DNA from: Raillietiella orientalis | Taxonomy: Eukaryota | DNA length: 64,000 nucleotides | Direction: 5' to 3' | Assembly (NCBI GenBank): GCA_036172245.1 | Contig: JAYWIR010000011.1 | Coordinates: 3,844,001 to 3,908,000, forward strand | In this document: piece by piece, positions 10,860 through 23,289 of the stretch | Layout of the letters: the number at the start of each line of letters is the position of its first letter | Position numbering within the stretch: position 1 is the first letter of the stretch | The notes under the pieces: generated by a model | What the model saw: only the letters and a program-made list of their open reading frames with translations | The model's database searches: none | What the model was told of the DNA's origin: nothing | Program-made: the position numbers and the translations under genes

Positions 10860-11060
10860 TCCTTGCAGAAAGCGCTGCTGCCACAGCAAAACAAGCAATC
10901 ATGCCGAATTGATGTGACCACAACAGATTTCTTTGGGAAAAATCATAATGAAGGGAGACGATGCAGAAGCACTGCTCCAGCATTTGCGGGTGGGTGTTGG
11001 TAGGCCCAAGAGATGCGTGCTTGGCTGCTTAGCTGAAGCATGGCAAGGTTGCACGAATGA
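10860..11060 (+). pseudogene. Possible GcvT-family (aminomethyltransferase-like, sarcosine/dimethylglycine dehydrogenase type) fragment
   Basis: IDVTT + 10-nt frameshifting insert + LGKIIMKGDDAEALLQHL resembles the family motif IDVSTLGKIxVxGPDAxxxL; a single motif only. Confidence 0.3.
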
Positions 11061-13264
11061 GCACGATAATGACTTCCCATTGATCTGAAATGTCACGACC
11101 CCGCCTGAACGGGTTCCACGGCAAAAGACCATACAGCAAGACCGCTGGCCAAAAGGATGCTGCTGTCTTGTTGAAAACGTAAATCTGGCTGCAGCACGTA
11201 CTTCGTTGTCCCTTTCGTTGCAAACACGTATCGCCGGTAAATAACCATTGTACAGTGTACATACATGGGAAATTCAGTTGGGAGTTAGCGCGCGAAGAAT
11301 TGGCGATTTAGCAAGACTATTATCGGGAGCAAGAATCAGCTGATCCCAAGAACTCATGGGACGACTCCAAAAACGGAAAGCCCAGCGACAAGGGAAGAAG
11401 ACTCGAGGCTCATTGAAAGCCAAGATTCTACTGGAATTTTCCACCTTGAAAATGATAGCCGCGTGGTAACCAGGAAGTGATTCCAGGCATTCCGTGTGAG
11501 ATTCCGTATCGAGAACACACGAAGCTGAAGCTCCTCAGAACGAGGCGGGCAAACCGAATTTTTAGGGAGATACTTCGGTGTCAGCTGATCAAAGCGCTGC
11601 ATCGAAAGGACGGTGCCGCGATCGCGCAGAGAGGAAACCAGTTGACCTTGCGAGGAATGCGTATTTCGAAGATGTGCAATTCCAGAAGGGGGTCGAGACG
11701 ATCGTGGCGCAAGGACGAATGGTAATTCGTCTCCGGGAGCGACAAATCAGAGTGCTTTCCCTGCCTGGATGCCTCCTCCCTCGCGGAAAGCCTTTGCCGA
11801 CGGAATCGGGAAGCTGCGAGACCGTGCTGCAGCACACATCGACACGAACAGCGGCGGCAACGTGGACCTTCGGTCGGAAAATTTGGGTGTCTCCTAGCAT
11901 GGCAAATCGCGAGAACGGATCAAAACGTGCGGCGGCAGACTCGATCTTAGATTATCTCTTTCTGTAATCGTACCAGTGCCATCACGGGGGGAGGGGGAGG
12001 CTGACAAATTTATAGCCGCCCTCCCTTCGAAGTATTGCGCTCCGGTAGTGCTTTGAAGTGCTCGACTGCCCGCAAGAAATCTCTTAGACTTGCCAAAATT
12101 TTTCTTCATTTCTGAGGTCAGGCGGAAGGCAGAAAATGTGTGCAGGACCGAGAGCATCAAAGGCACGAACATTCACTTTGAAGGAATGCGTGGTTCCTTC
12201 CGAAACACAAAGCTGAAGTGCATTTCTTCATAAAATGGGGGGGGCGAAGAACCGCATGAATTTAAGCCAATTTATCGGACGCATTTTCTCCTCGCCATGG
12301 GCGACGAATTACATCCATTCCATTTTTCCAGGGTCTCCAGCCCTTTGCTTTCAGGAACATCGCGAGGTTTCCGCAACAAGGCGTTGCGTCTTCGGGATAA
12401 ATCCGTCCGGTCGGTCCTCCCCATCCACGTACCTGTTTCTCAGGTTTCCTGAGAAGTTCCTGAATGAAGCAGGGCAGGGGGCACGCTGTTTGCAAAGAGG
12501 CTTGCAGGCTTCTTCTGTTTGAACTCCGGAGACGTTCCTGATGTGGGAATTCCTCCTGCCGTGTCAGGAGAACCCGGCTGAATCTCGAAGCTGCAAGCCG
12601 AGCTCCTGAAATTGTAATTTGGGATATGGCATTTGGAGGATTCAGAGTCCTCCTCGCAGCCTTGAGTTTTAATTGCCACTCAACGGCGAGTGGATTTCAC
12701 AGCAGCAACTAATTGATCACTTCAGAGCTATTCTTAGTCTAGGAAGGGAATTCGAAAGCAAAGCAGGAAGTTGCAGATGGCAGATGCAAACTCTCCAAAA
12801 CTCGCCACGAAAACTTCCAACGTCGCATCAACCATTAGTATCATGTTTTCATCATATGGCATAATAAACTTTGCGTCTCTCTGCATTTTTCCCATGAAAA
12901 GTTTTCATTCTTTCTAAGCGCGTATTATTAATGATGCTTTTGTTCTCGGTAGTTTCAGTTGAAGCACTCGTTAAGTTGTATCTTCGCAACGTATGCATCC
13001 GTCAGTTCCGCATCGGCGAATGCCTTGGAAACTCGAAGCGGCATATTAATGAAGCCATCACGCTAATCGCCATTGATGAAATTTTCCAATCAATAAATCA
13101 TTCCGTTTCGCCCTTCCGTAGGATGGAATATCAACGGCATCGCACTTTGCGCGCACACTTTGAGTCTTTTTCCTTTTTCTTCCCTTGTTTGCCCCTCTGG
13201 AGTCGGCTTCCGATGATCATGACTTCCCTTGAATTCCTCCTGCACAGGGAGCATTTTCAAGTAA

Positions 13265-14047
13265 GATGATGTAAATCCTTCTTCTCTGTCTCCGCAGTTC
13301 TTCGACACGCCACCCGAGGGTGGGCAATTCTTCAAGATAGGGGGTATCCCGGGAGGAGACCACCCTATGGATCCAGGAAGGACTCGGAGTCCGTTCCTCT
13401 CACGCCTGGGGAGGGATCCCTCGAAATGGAGATCACCTCCACCCTGATTGTCTACTAAGTGGAATTCTGAAGGAAATTTCCTTCCTTATTCTTTCCGGAG
13501 GACCTCCGAGGGGTCCGCTCCATTCTTTCTTCTCTGAAGGGAACCCGGAAAGGATCCGATCCTGGAATTTCTTCTCCGGAGGGATTCCCCGAAAGGGATC
13601 CGCTCCTGCTTTTACTCCTCTGAAGACAACCCAGAAGAGACGCTTCCGAAATTCAGAAGGACGCAGCTTCCCTGAAGGGATCGGCTCGCTTCTCTGCACT
13701 CTCTGGAGAGGTGGTGGCGACATACCTACTCCATCAGTCCGACGAGGAGGGGTCCCCCCCGGAATGGGGGGATTCGCTCCTTCACAACCGGAGGGGAGCT
13801 CCCACCCCGTGATTTCTGGAAGTACCCGGAGGTCTACCCCCATTTGTCCCGGCCCTCATAGGAGGCATCCGGTTTCAACCGCTACCAGTGCCGCACCCGG
13901 ATGAATGCAGGTCAACCAGCGTCATCTTGTGGGGTGAACTCGGAACCCACGACGCACTGCGTCGATTCCTTCGGAGTATTCAAACCCACGACGCTTGGTG
14001 GTGCCACGAGCGGAGACCACCGTAGCCACGCGGCCTCCGACGCGGGC
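13265..14047 (-). mobile_element. tRNA-headed SINE-like element, subfamily A, full length
   Basis: Reverse complement of 9795-10555 with the same termini (GCCCGCGTCGG...TTTACATCATC) and a short extra segment at ~13750-13780. Confidence 0.85.
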
Positions 14048-15072
14048 ACAAATTTTCGGTGCCTTCAAACTCGATCTGCATTTCAGATTTCTCAACCCTC
14101 CTTCCAGAGACTCTCTTCTTCAAGTTTCCCGGTCTGCGAACCGGAGACTTCGGTTCCGTCCCTTTTAGGACAGCCTAGCTCGAAAAATGCAAAGCGTTTT
14201 GGTGTTTCGGCTGCTCCAAAAACGTTCGGATCCTCCGTTCGAACGAGCTCTGCTGAAGCCGTGTGCTTCTTGAGATGGAATGCAACAGTCCAGTGGAAAT
14301 CTTTGTGTTTGGCGCTGTTGCGGCATTCTTTTGCAGCTGCAAGTTTCCTTGGGACTCTGTCCTCGTGCGCTTTTGGCGCCACACTGAAAAAATCTCTATT
14401 GGGCGAAGCAAAGTTGTTTCCACTAGCGGTGCACTCCCAAATTCCAGAAGCGGAGTGGAACAAAGTATCGGCGAAAGATGAAGCAAACCACATCGTCGTG
14501 ACTGCAAGCAGCAAGAGTGACCTGCAAATAAAAGGATCGCTTTTTGGCGCTTCGGATGTACAATAAATAGCCTTCTCCAAACCTGAATCGATATGGAATT
14601 CTCTCTTTCGGTTGCGATCGTGAACGGAAAGTATTTCCACTACGCGGGTTGTTGTGTGTACATCAGAGGGCTCCTTCAGTCTTGTACTTGGATTCCTGAA
14701 GCGTGAGATTGTTCCATCAGTTCTCTGTAATCTACACATCCGAGAAATTTATTCCTTCGCCCTGTGCACTCACGCTGATTTCGCGACGTGTGCATCCTCT
14801 GTACTGGCAGTTGTCATCATTAAAGATCAATTTTATCTTCCAGACCCGCCTTCCCTGTCTGTGAACCAGGTGATGCCTGTGCATCCAGGGAAACGGGTCC
14901 GGCATACGTTCACTCACCGCTCAACAGGACGGAGCTCCCGTTCCCATATCAGTTCAGGGCAGCCAGCCGAAGACTCAGCAGTTTCTAAGCTATTGATTCT
15001 GGTGCGGGCTCTCGGCAGGAAAGGAAGTGCCGGTTCTGCAACCTGGAGACGTAGTCCATTGAACCAGATAGG

Positions 15073-15600
15073 AAGGCTTTGGGCAGATGGGATTTGCCAT
15101 TTGCATACAACCGGTTTTGCGATGATCCGTTTCACATCTAGCCGAGGAAATTGAAATAGTTTGGTCAACATTCCGGGACATGCCAGGTTTTGGCCATTCT
15201 CTGTGACAAGCAGGCAGGGGGGAAGTGGTGGAACAGGCAGATGGAACAGCCTTCAAGGTATGAGAAAAGAGCAGTATCCAATAGCATTCACGGGGAGAAC
15301 AAATTCCAGGTTAATCTGTACGTAAGCCATCTTGAACCTGAGGAGCTTAGTGTAAAGGTTACAGATGGCTGTGTGCTCATCTGAGGCAAACATGAAGAGA
15401 AGCAAGGCAACCTTGGAGTGATTCTCCGCCATTTTGTTAGGAAGTGCGTTTTGTCCAAAAATTCGAAGGTGGATGAAATTCTTTCTTCACTTAATGATGA
15501 TGGTGCCCTTATCGTAACCGCCCCGAAAATACCAAAGGAGACCCTGCCATCGAGTGAAAGATCTATTGCGATAAATGCGCAGAAATCTGCTGCAAAGTAA
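15073..15600 (+). pseudogene. hsp20: Small heat-shock protein (HSP20/alpha-crystallin) intronless pseudogene
   Basis: A single frame reads (K)ALGRWDLPFAYNRFCDDPFHI*PRKLK*FGQHSG...KFQVNLYVSHLEPEELSVKVTDGCVLI*GKHEEKQGNLGVILRHFVRKCVLSKNSKVDEILSSLNDDGALIVTAPK...ERSIAI. It has three in-frame stops and a probable ATG>AAG at 15073. Confidence 0.85.
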
Positions 15601-15699
15601 TAGTGAATAAACTATCTCGATTATGGAAAATGAAAAAAAAATGGTGGGGAAAATGATGGATTGGCTGCTAGACAAATTTGATAAGGACGGTTTCAGGAC

Positions 15700-16100
15700 G
15701 GCAGACCGGCACTCGAGCTCCTGCAGTTGGTTGGGTAAACTGAGGGTTAGAAACCGCAGGTGTCTCCTTGCAAAGTGTCCTTCCTGGTTGATCCTGGTTT
15801 TGAATTTCGTTCTATTCCGGAGCTCGAAGGCGACTCACCAGGGTGCGCGCAGATGTCTGCCAAGAGACTTCCAGCATTCACCTTCGCAGGAGCGTCTGTC
15901 CTACGCTTCTCCTGCGAAGACATCCGAAACCGATCTCGGTAAAAATTGGAGGTTCCCCGTGTGCCCTCGTGGCGATTTTCTTTGATGCCGGAACCTGTTC
16001 CCAAGCGTCAGTCTTGATCACGCGACAGCATCCAAAACTGCCCCATCAGAGGCGAGATTGTGTTTGGGGCCAGTAGCGGTCTCTCACTTGCCACGACTTC
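15700..16100 (+). mobile_element. Putative LINE ORF1-like remnant
   Basis: SFLVDPGF...KPISVKIGGSPC matches the dispersed WILEPTL...GDPIRHRIGG motif pair at 18660-18850. Confidence 0.3.
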
Positions 16101-17609
16101 GAACTCGAGCAGCACGACAGAGCACCAGCTTTGCGTGTTTGACATCGGGTGAACTCCACCGTACCTTTGCATGACAGCGCTTCTTCCCGAAATCGAGGGA
16201 GTCCTTCAGCGGACCGCCCACTTCAGTCTGATCGCTCGTCTGTATTCTGGCTTCCTTCCTTCGCGGCTGGGGAGGGGGAGGGAAGAAGAAGAAGAACGGG
16301 GGGGCGCGCGGCTGTTCTTTCCTCTTCTCGTTCTGCGAGCTCGACTCTTCTCAGAGATGGAGGACCTCCAGGATGAATCTCTCCAACGGGGTCACCTCCG
16401 CCCTCGTGGAACTCTCCCAGCTTCACCATGGTGACGCCCTTCTCCAGGAGCGGCAGGCAGGTGCGCGAACACCAGCGGCCGTTCCGAGAGACGAGCTGTG
16501 GCAAGCGGTGGTCGCGTGCCTGACGACCTGGTCCTCGCACCGCAGGCTCTCACCACCCACGATGCCGACCGGACTTCTCGACGAGAGAGCTGCTACACAA
16601 ATTTGAACAGGACAGATTCAGGACAGCGGGCCGGCATTCGAGTGAGGCCACTGTATGACATTCCTTGGGGTGGACATTCAGTGCAAAAGTGCACTGCTGT
16701 GCAGAAGCCGTGCAAAGACAGTTAACGGTTTCTTCGAACATACTCGGAATTTTGGTTGTTGTTGTTGTTGTTAAAAACTGCCGGCAACAAAGTCACCCAC
16801 TGCTTGTCGGTCCTGGGGAAAGTGATACAAATGACACGACTGGTGGCGTTTCTTAGCCATTCGTTCGCAGAATAAACGCAAGGAGGATGCGCACATCTAG
16901 CCGAAGGCTCTTCCTTTTCACCTCATAGCTCAGAACGTTCCAGATGCTGCCTTCTGTACATACTTCGGCGTAGGATTGGAATAACAATTCATGGCTCATG
17001 GGACGCATCTTACGATGAACGTGTCCTTGTAATGTTAAAGGTTGATGAGAAGAATCAACAGAATTAAAATGTTCTTATTCTTCTCTGCGAGCATTTTCAT
17101 TTTCCACTCCGTTCCTGTGGTCCTTGAAACAATTAATTCCTGGTCCTGTACGTCCTTTTACTTCTCCCATCAGTGTAAGTCGCTGTACAAAATTGAGGTT
17201 TCCTTTTCGGATTTCCAGATTCCCGTACGTCATCCGACCAGATTAACTGCATTAACGCTGCGTTTTCATGGCAACTGCTGGATTTTTGCTTCCTCAAACC
17301 GAGGAGAGAGATCCGAAAGCAAGTGGAAGTGTCCCAGCGCCACAAATTTCCTGACCTTTCTCGGCGCTAAGCTCCCTGCGATCCTGTCTTCGAGGTTCAA
17401 ATCGTAGGGAATCCGAGGACTCGGAACCAAGGCTGAAACTGAGCTTTCCGAAAAGAATTAACAGCAGATGGAATCTGCAGCGATAAGCAATCAGAAAGTT
17501 AAATCAGAGGCGGAACTGACTTTTGAGAAGCGGAAGACCTCAATGGTAGGCATTGCTTTTAAGTCGACAGACGGTTTTTTTTTTCCCATTTCGTTTCCTT
17601 TTTTTTCGT

Positions 17610-17820
17610 GGAGCCTCTGCTCAGCGTTTTGTAGGAATCGCCACCTCTTAGGATGAGGAGGAGTGGCTGAAGAAGGTTTCATGTCGTGTAGATCTCCGCT
17701 GCTGATTACAGGACTTCGGAAGAAATGCTGAAGGATTGCTAGGGATACCATGCCAGTTTGGAGAGTAGGTTTAAGAGCCCAGGTAGGGCTGGAGCCCAGC
17801 AAGAGACTTGGTTCCCGATT
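17610..17820 (-). repeat. Left arm of a ~210-bp diverged inverted repeat (ORF1-like remnant)
   Basis: Aligns end-to-end with the reverse complement of 18622-18832, roughly three-quarters identical by eye. Confidence 0.75.
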
Positions 17821-18621
17821 TTCAGGCATGCAGTGGATGTTGGTGAAGAATCTCCATAATTTCTACGTTTTCGTCTACCGGTAGTCAGTCGTTTATCCTT
17901 GCCGGTGTCCCTAAAAGATGCTCCAGCCCTGTCGAATGCTGGCACGCACTGCAACCTTCTTCTTCACGCCTTTTCCAGCCTCCTCGATCCAGGCTCCTAG
18001 GAGTCGCACCACCTATGATGAAAAAGGGTTAACACTTCCCTGCATTTCAATCCCTTCTTTTTGAAGGACTTTCTCACAAGGCGTGTCCTGCTGCTTTCCG
18101 AAGGTGGCTCGTCGAACGTGGTGATTCGGCTTTTCTTCCAGGGCACCGTTACTCCGGGCGGAGTTTCTAGTCCTTCCCCTGGACAGGCTGGTTTGAGTTC
18201 TCCAGCTCCCACTTCACTTGAGCTGCCCCCCTTGGTGGGGAGGGGCAGCTTTGGGGTGAATAAACGCATACGCATACGTTTACCGGTTATGGCTCTTGTT
18301 GGGAACTTCTGATGCAGCGACCGGGTTTTTGTGCTTCAAGAGCTGCTCCTCCCTGCCAAAGCATCTCATGGGCTCCTCTCGCACGGAGGGTGCGTTCAGT
18401 CGAGCAGCAGGTGGGAAGCTGTAGAGAGATCCACGGGAGAGAAAGGAATCCAGGCTTTCGACAGCTGCACATCCCTAAAACGGGAAAGGTCTCCAAAAAG
18501 AATCATCTGGAAAGGATTTCAGATTCTTCTGCTATTTTGGGTAGGACTGCACATCTGACCTCGATTGCAGCCTCCCCGGAGGACTCATCTATCAGGATTC
18601 CATCTCGACTGGAGCCAGTCA

Positions 18622-18832
18622 CCTTGGAAACTAAGTCACTTGCTAGGCTCTATCCCACCTGGATTCTTGAGCCTACTCTTCAAACTGGCAAGGCATTCCT
18701 AGCAGCTCTTCAGCACCTCTGCCGAAGTCCCATAACCACAGCAACGGAGATCTACATGGCATGAAACCATCTTCAGACACTCCTTCCCATCCTTAGGAGT
18801 CACGATTCCTACAGAGCGCTGAGCGGAGACCC
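18622..18832 (+). repeat. Right arm of a ~210-bp diverged inverted repeat (ORF1-like remnant)
   Basis: PTWILEPTLQTGKAFLAALQHLCRSP here versus PTWALKPTLQTGMVSLAILQHFFRSP on the minus strand at ~17705-17790. Confidence 0.75.
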
Positions 18833-20169
18833 CATTCGACATCGCATAGGAGGAAAGGTTGCTCGGATCCGGAGCGGGGGACTCCGGAACAGGACTCACG
18901 CCCTTTCCCCTCACCGGTGCTCCTGAAGTGGGCGCACAGGTTAACAAAGCCTTCATGGTCTTGTCACCCCGCTGTCGTTCAGAAACCTAAGTCCCGAATT
19001 CGCGGATGGCCAGAATCCCGAAAGATCATCAGAAGTAAACACGTGTGTTTACTCTACATGGATTAACGTGCAAACTTATTTAAATATGAATAGCTGCTCC
19101 CATTTATTAACACACATTTGTTAAGAGCAATATTATTGGAACAGATATATTTATTAGGATTCATTGGCATGCATTTTATTAATAAAATTAAGACGTTGTT
19201 GATTACATTGTCGATATATTAAAGATTAAAAAAATTAAACATATGTGCATATTATATACATTCATATTCATAGATAATGTGTATGTATATATTTATAATC
19301 TGCATGTTCATTTTTATGTACATATAGATGCGAATATGTATAGTAAGCATGTATGCTTATTTTTTATGATCTTTCGGGATCTCAGGATTTCTAACCAGAC
19401 AGCCTCCACCACAGAGCAGATCCTGGGAAGGGCGAGGGAGAATGGGGGAGGAGGGAGTCATGAAAGAGTCCAGCCGAAGAAACGCGAAGGGACCGCGGCA
19501 AAGTCGCCCTCGCATCTCCCGGTGAAGGCGGCGACTCCTACTGGAAGGGCCGCCTCCCCTCCAGGACTCGGCAGTGCAGCTAGCGGCTCCCCTGGATGGC
19601 TGGGGGGAAATAGGACTAGGGGGAAAACAGGCAACGGTGACAGCCTCGCCAACCTTGGAGAAGTCGCAAGCAAACCGCTGACGCGGGGACAACTCCTCTG
19701 CCGTTTGCTCACGCAGGCGCTGGCCGCTTCCTCTTCGGCACCCGTCCTCCAGAGTCCGGAGCCGGGAGAGAAAGGGGGGAGGGGGGAGCTGCAAGAAAGG
19801 GTAGGATGCGCGCCAGCTGGAGACCGAGGCACCCGAAGCGAGCGCGGGAGCATCGTCGGCGCATCTGCCGGGGTGAGCGGGACCGCTCGCCATGCCCCAC
19901 CTTCCTCGTCCTGACGGGCTGCTGCTCTCTTCGCTTGCGTGCTGGAGATGGGCGCCAGCAGTCCTGCGTCATGAGCGCCATTCCAGGAGCTTCCCTCGAA
20001 AAGCGTGCGTGCATTTCATTCTTGCCGCGCTCTTGACCTCGCGTCACTGAGCCGAAGCAGCCAACAGCCTTCAGAATTCTCTCCATGGGAGCGATGCCCA
20101 TGATCGGCTTCTCGTTTTCCATCTCTCCCGTTACGCATCGCTATATAGCATGGAGGCCGTATTTTCTTT

Positions 20170-20300
20170 CGTTCGCATCGTTAATTAGACCCGCAGATGT
20201 GGATGCTGTAAGCTCGTCGACTGGGGAAAGCATTTGCAGCCACGTCATCTTTGTTGTACGGAAGATGTTGATTTTGAAGCCAGAAAATGATCTTTCAGCT
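20170..20300 (-). mobile_element. Possible hAT transposase C-terminal dimerisation-domain remnant
   Basis: Minus-strand AERSFSGFKINIFRTTKM resembles the hAT motif AERSFSxLKxxKxxxRxxM; short, and no TIRs seen. Confidence 0.25.
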
Positions 20301-20703
20301 AGAAGAAGAAAAAATAAAAGGCGTCGCTGTTTACGATCGAGGTCGCGTCTTTTTTTATTTTTGTCTTTGTCCGGCCCAATACTGGCCTGAACCCCAAAAT
20401 CCTCTCATTACCACCATCTTCGTTTCTCGTTCCCTCTTCGCTTTTAATTTTTGAAATGCCTCTCATCCTCCATTGGACCAGGAGAAGGTCGCGACGGTCG
20501 TGATCTTGCAGCCGGACCTTCCAGAACCTATGCTTTTCCTTCTGCTGCAGCCTCTTCGTAGCTCGTGTCGAGCAACTGTCTACCTCAACTGTCTACCCTA
20601 TGGAAGGAGTTGCTTTGACTTATCCTCCATTGCTGGGAGTAGGGTTTCTGTCGGAATGAGAATGCTGGTGACCATCTTCCCTACGTGGGAGCTTTCTGCC
20701 ACT

Positions 20704-20900
20704 CGCTTGTTATCACTTGGATCTTTCTAATGCTTCCTCTTGGATTCTTGCACAAAATGATTCACCATCCTGTTGTCAAAATCTTCACCACCCAGCAGTA
20801 TCACCTGCAGCAGATTTCATCTCAAAGATTCCCTCTTCGAAATTAAAATGGACACCACCCAAATAGAAAATGAGAACATTTCGTTCGCCTCCAGCTTTCT
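20704..20900 (-). pseudogene. hsp70: HSP70 ATPase-domain pseudogene fragment
   Basis: Minus strand [15 protein letters not shown]..(deletion)..[14 protein letters not shown](frameshift)[30 protein letters not shown]. This matches cytosolic HSP70 [44 protein letters not shown]. Confidence 0.9.
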
Positions 20901-23289
20901 TAAGGTTTAGATAAGAAAGTAGGAGGAATCAGTGACTGCCCTCACCGGGGATGCATCGTCTTCGAGTGATCCTCGAAATCCTTAGAAGCTCTTCAAACAC
21001 TTCCCTGCTTTGGGTGAATTCCTTCTCGAAGAGGAATACGGCAGGAAAAACCTCGTCTCTCTCCTTTTTCGTGGCCATTTTACACGCAGTCACCCTTCTG
21101 AACGTGAAAGGAGCTGACTTTTGGGAGAAGGATTTGACGTGTTGGGGATTTTTCCATCTCATGACCACGTGCTTTGTTGCTGCCTGGATCTCCACCTTCA
21201 TACCCGTTCGGGTTTACTCCCACACTTTGGTCTCGCGCCCGTTCACCTCCCAGACATCCTTACCTATCGAATTTTGATGGATCCTCGCACTTGAAACGGT
21301 TCACGGATAGCGACCCCATGATGAAATTATCCCCCTGCTCAGAAAATTGGATCACTGAGGGCAGCCTCGACTTTGTGGTGGTTGAGTCGGATGCGCCACT
21401 TTTCCTCCTCCCATGCTCCCGATGTCTTCCGAGAGCCTCGATGGTGGAGTTCATGCCGCCTGACGAGAAATTCCCGTTCCCCCCTGCAGAAATTGGAATC
21501 CGTTAGCGGAATTTTGTCTGTTATCACCCTATCTGTTGCATACCTAATCACCGTGATGAAGACGCAACAGAGACGTCAACGTGGAAGAATGAGCATCTGT
21601 GAAACCGTCCTTCTTCTGTCACTCCGGGGCTGGCGAGGTGGCGCATCTGTTCCACGGTTACAGAACGTTGACCTGCACCGAAGGCTCACTCTTGTAAATT
21701 CGGGATGTCTCGACCTCGGCCATTTTGGATTCCCAACTCTGCAAAGCGCGTTCTACTTTCAACTCCCACGTCGTCACCCGTTAAGAACGCGGAAAACTGC
21801 CAAACGCGCGCCTTGAACGCAGGGGCCGTGGTTGACTTTTGGACCACGTGCATCTCGAACCGTTGAGCCGCATCACGATACTGCACTGACATGAGGCCGT
21901 GTCAGCAAACATGGCCGCAGTGGTCACATGAGTGCAAATTTAAGAAACCGCAACGGATGGTGTCAGAATTGGCAAATTCCGGCATTCCTAACCGCGGTCT
22001 AACTTTCTGACAAGCCAAGTACAACACCGTGATGGGCCCTTACAGCGGGAAGGAACCGTTAGAATGAGTTCTATGCTCTTCTCCAAAGGGAAGCATTCGC
22101 CCGAGAGCGTGTTCTTGGAATTCACCCGCGATTCCCCCCCCCCCCCCCCAGAAACCCGCGCGATCAGCTCCGCCACGCTCGCAAAGCCCCGCTGGGTTTC
22201 CGGAGAAGATGGTTCAGGTTTCCCGGCGCGAAACGCGGGCTCGCTTCTCATCCATTTTCTTTTCGTATCGCCTCCGACAGAAAGACAAGCAAACCGCGCT
22301 CGAGACTTCTGTTCTTTTCAGTAGCTCGCCTCATTGCTTATCAACAGCGAAAACTTCCCTTCAGCTAATGTGGAGATGCCATTTAACTTCGCTAATCTTG
22401 GAAGCATCTGAAGGTTCGCTCCAAGAAAGCAGCACTTCTTTGCTCTCAGGTTTTCCTTTTGGAGGCCACATAATGGATCTTCTGTTTTTTTTTGTCCACG
22501 TCTGTGCAGTATTTCCCTTCATCGCAGAGATCAACAAACTGTAGCGTTTTCGCCAGGCACTTTGGTATGGAGCTGCAGTATTGCATTAGACTTAGCGACC
22601 AGGGATCTACTCAATTCAGTTGGTATCTACCATACTCCGTGGTCCTTACTGGAAGCAAATGAACTGCAAACGAAAATTTCTGTGAGGTGATCCAGGCGTT
22701 TTAATCATCGTCTGAATGATTTGCGAAAGGGAAATGAATCTCTTTTCAGACAAGTCGGAAGGAAGAGATTGAGTAACAGTCACTCACTTGCGACTTATTG
22801 ACTTCCCGGTCACCGTCACCGAGTTTTCAACAGGCAGCTTGAAAACATGGCAACTGCAAATGTGATGAAACTGTGCTTTCGGTAAAGCGGGATGCTCCCA
22901 GACACCTGCTAATTTCTTGGGTGCATTCCAGACTCGTTCTCACCCCACATTCTTGGGAGCGCGTGGTTCTGTGGCATCTGCTGAAGGCTCCTTCGAGATG
23001 CTGCCGAAAAGCCCACGACCTATTCCCGACTCACGAAATGAAGTAGTAGTATGCAACCCATCTGGTGCTTTTCTAGAGTAGGATTCGTACCCGGTTTCGA
23101 CGGGTCGTTTATTTTGAAAAAAACAAACAAGCTACTAGTCAGAGGTGAAGAAGGGTATCCCCTTAAAAACAAGAAATGCCTCTCCCCCCCCAAAAAAATC
23201 CCTCAGGTTAACCACCGGCTTGCAAGACAGCTTTCAAGAAATAGGGAACGAAGTGGACGGAAAATAAATAAAAAAGGACGGGAAGGTGG

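Noticed and set aside
11972..12030. hAT-like terminal sequence (CAGTGCC..G-rich hairpin); also lone TACAGT ends at ~8172 and ~16650
   Set aside because: No matching opposite TIR or TSD was found.
12960..13090. EF-hand-like DGFIN peptide on the minus strand
   Set aside because: A single weak match interrupted by stops.
13901..15154. ORFs of 221, 215 and 166 aa
   Set aside because: The first starts inside a SINE, the ORFs overlap on both strands, and no recognisable domain is present.
15382..15384. Selenocysteine or read-through TGA in the sHSP frame
   Set aside because: Two further TAG stops and a lost start codon lie in the same frame; simple pseudogenisation explains it.
16754..16772. (GTT)6 microsatellite; also the C-run at 22134-22149 and 10-13-bp tandem duplications at ~2290 and ~20573
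   Set aside because: Ordinary short simple repeats with no further structure.
18810..18845. Penelope-like RT motif MGSPLS on the minus strand
   Set aside because: Immediately followed by stops with no other RT motifs; the opposite strand (SGDPIR..IGG) matches a recurring family.
19243..19914. 223-aa ORF
   Set aside because: It joins AT-rich low-complexity DNA to a GC-rich repeat-like segment; no coherent protein signal.
22590..22860. Minus-strand GTGAGT...TTTGCAG intron-like signals and a TTEYGRYQLN lysozyme-like peptide
   Set aside because: Flanking frames contain stops and the motif is too short to support a call.
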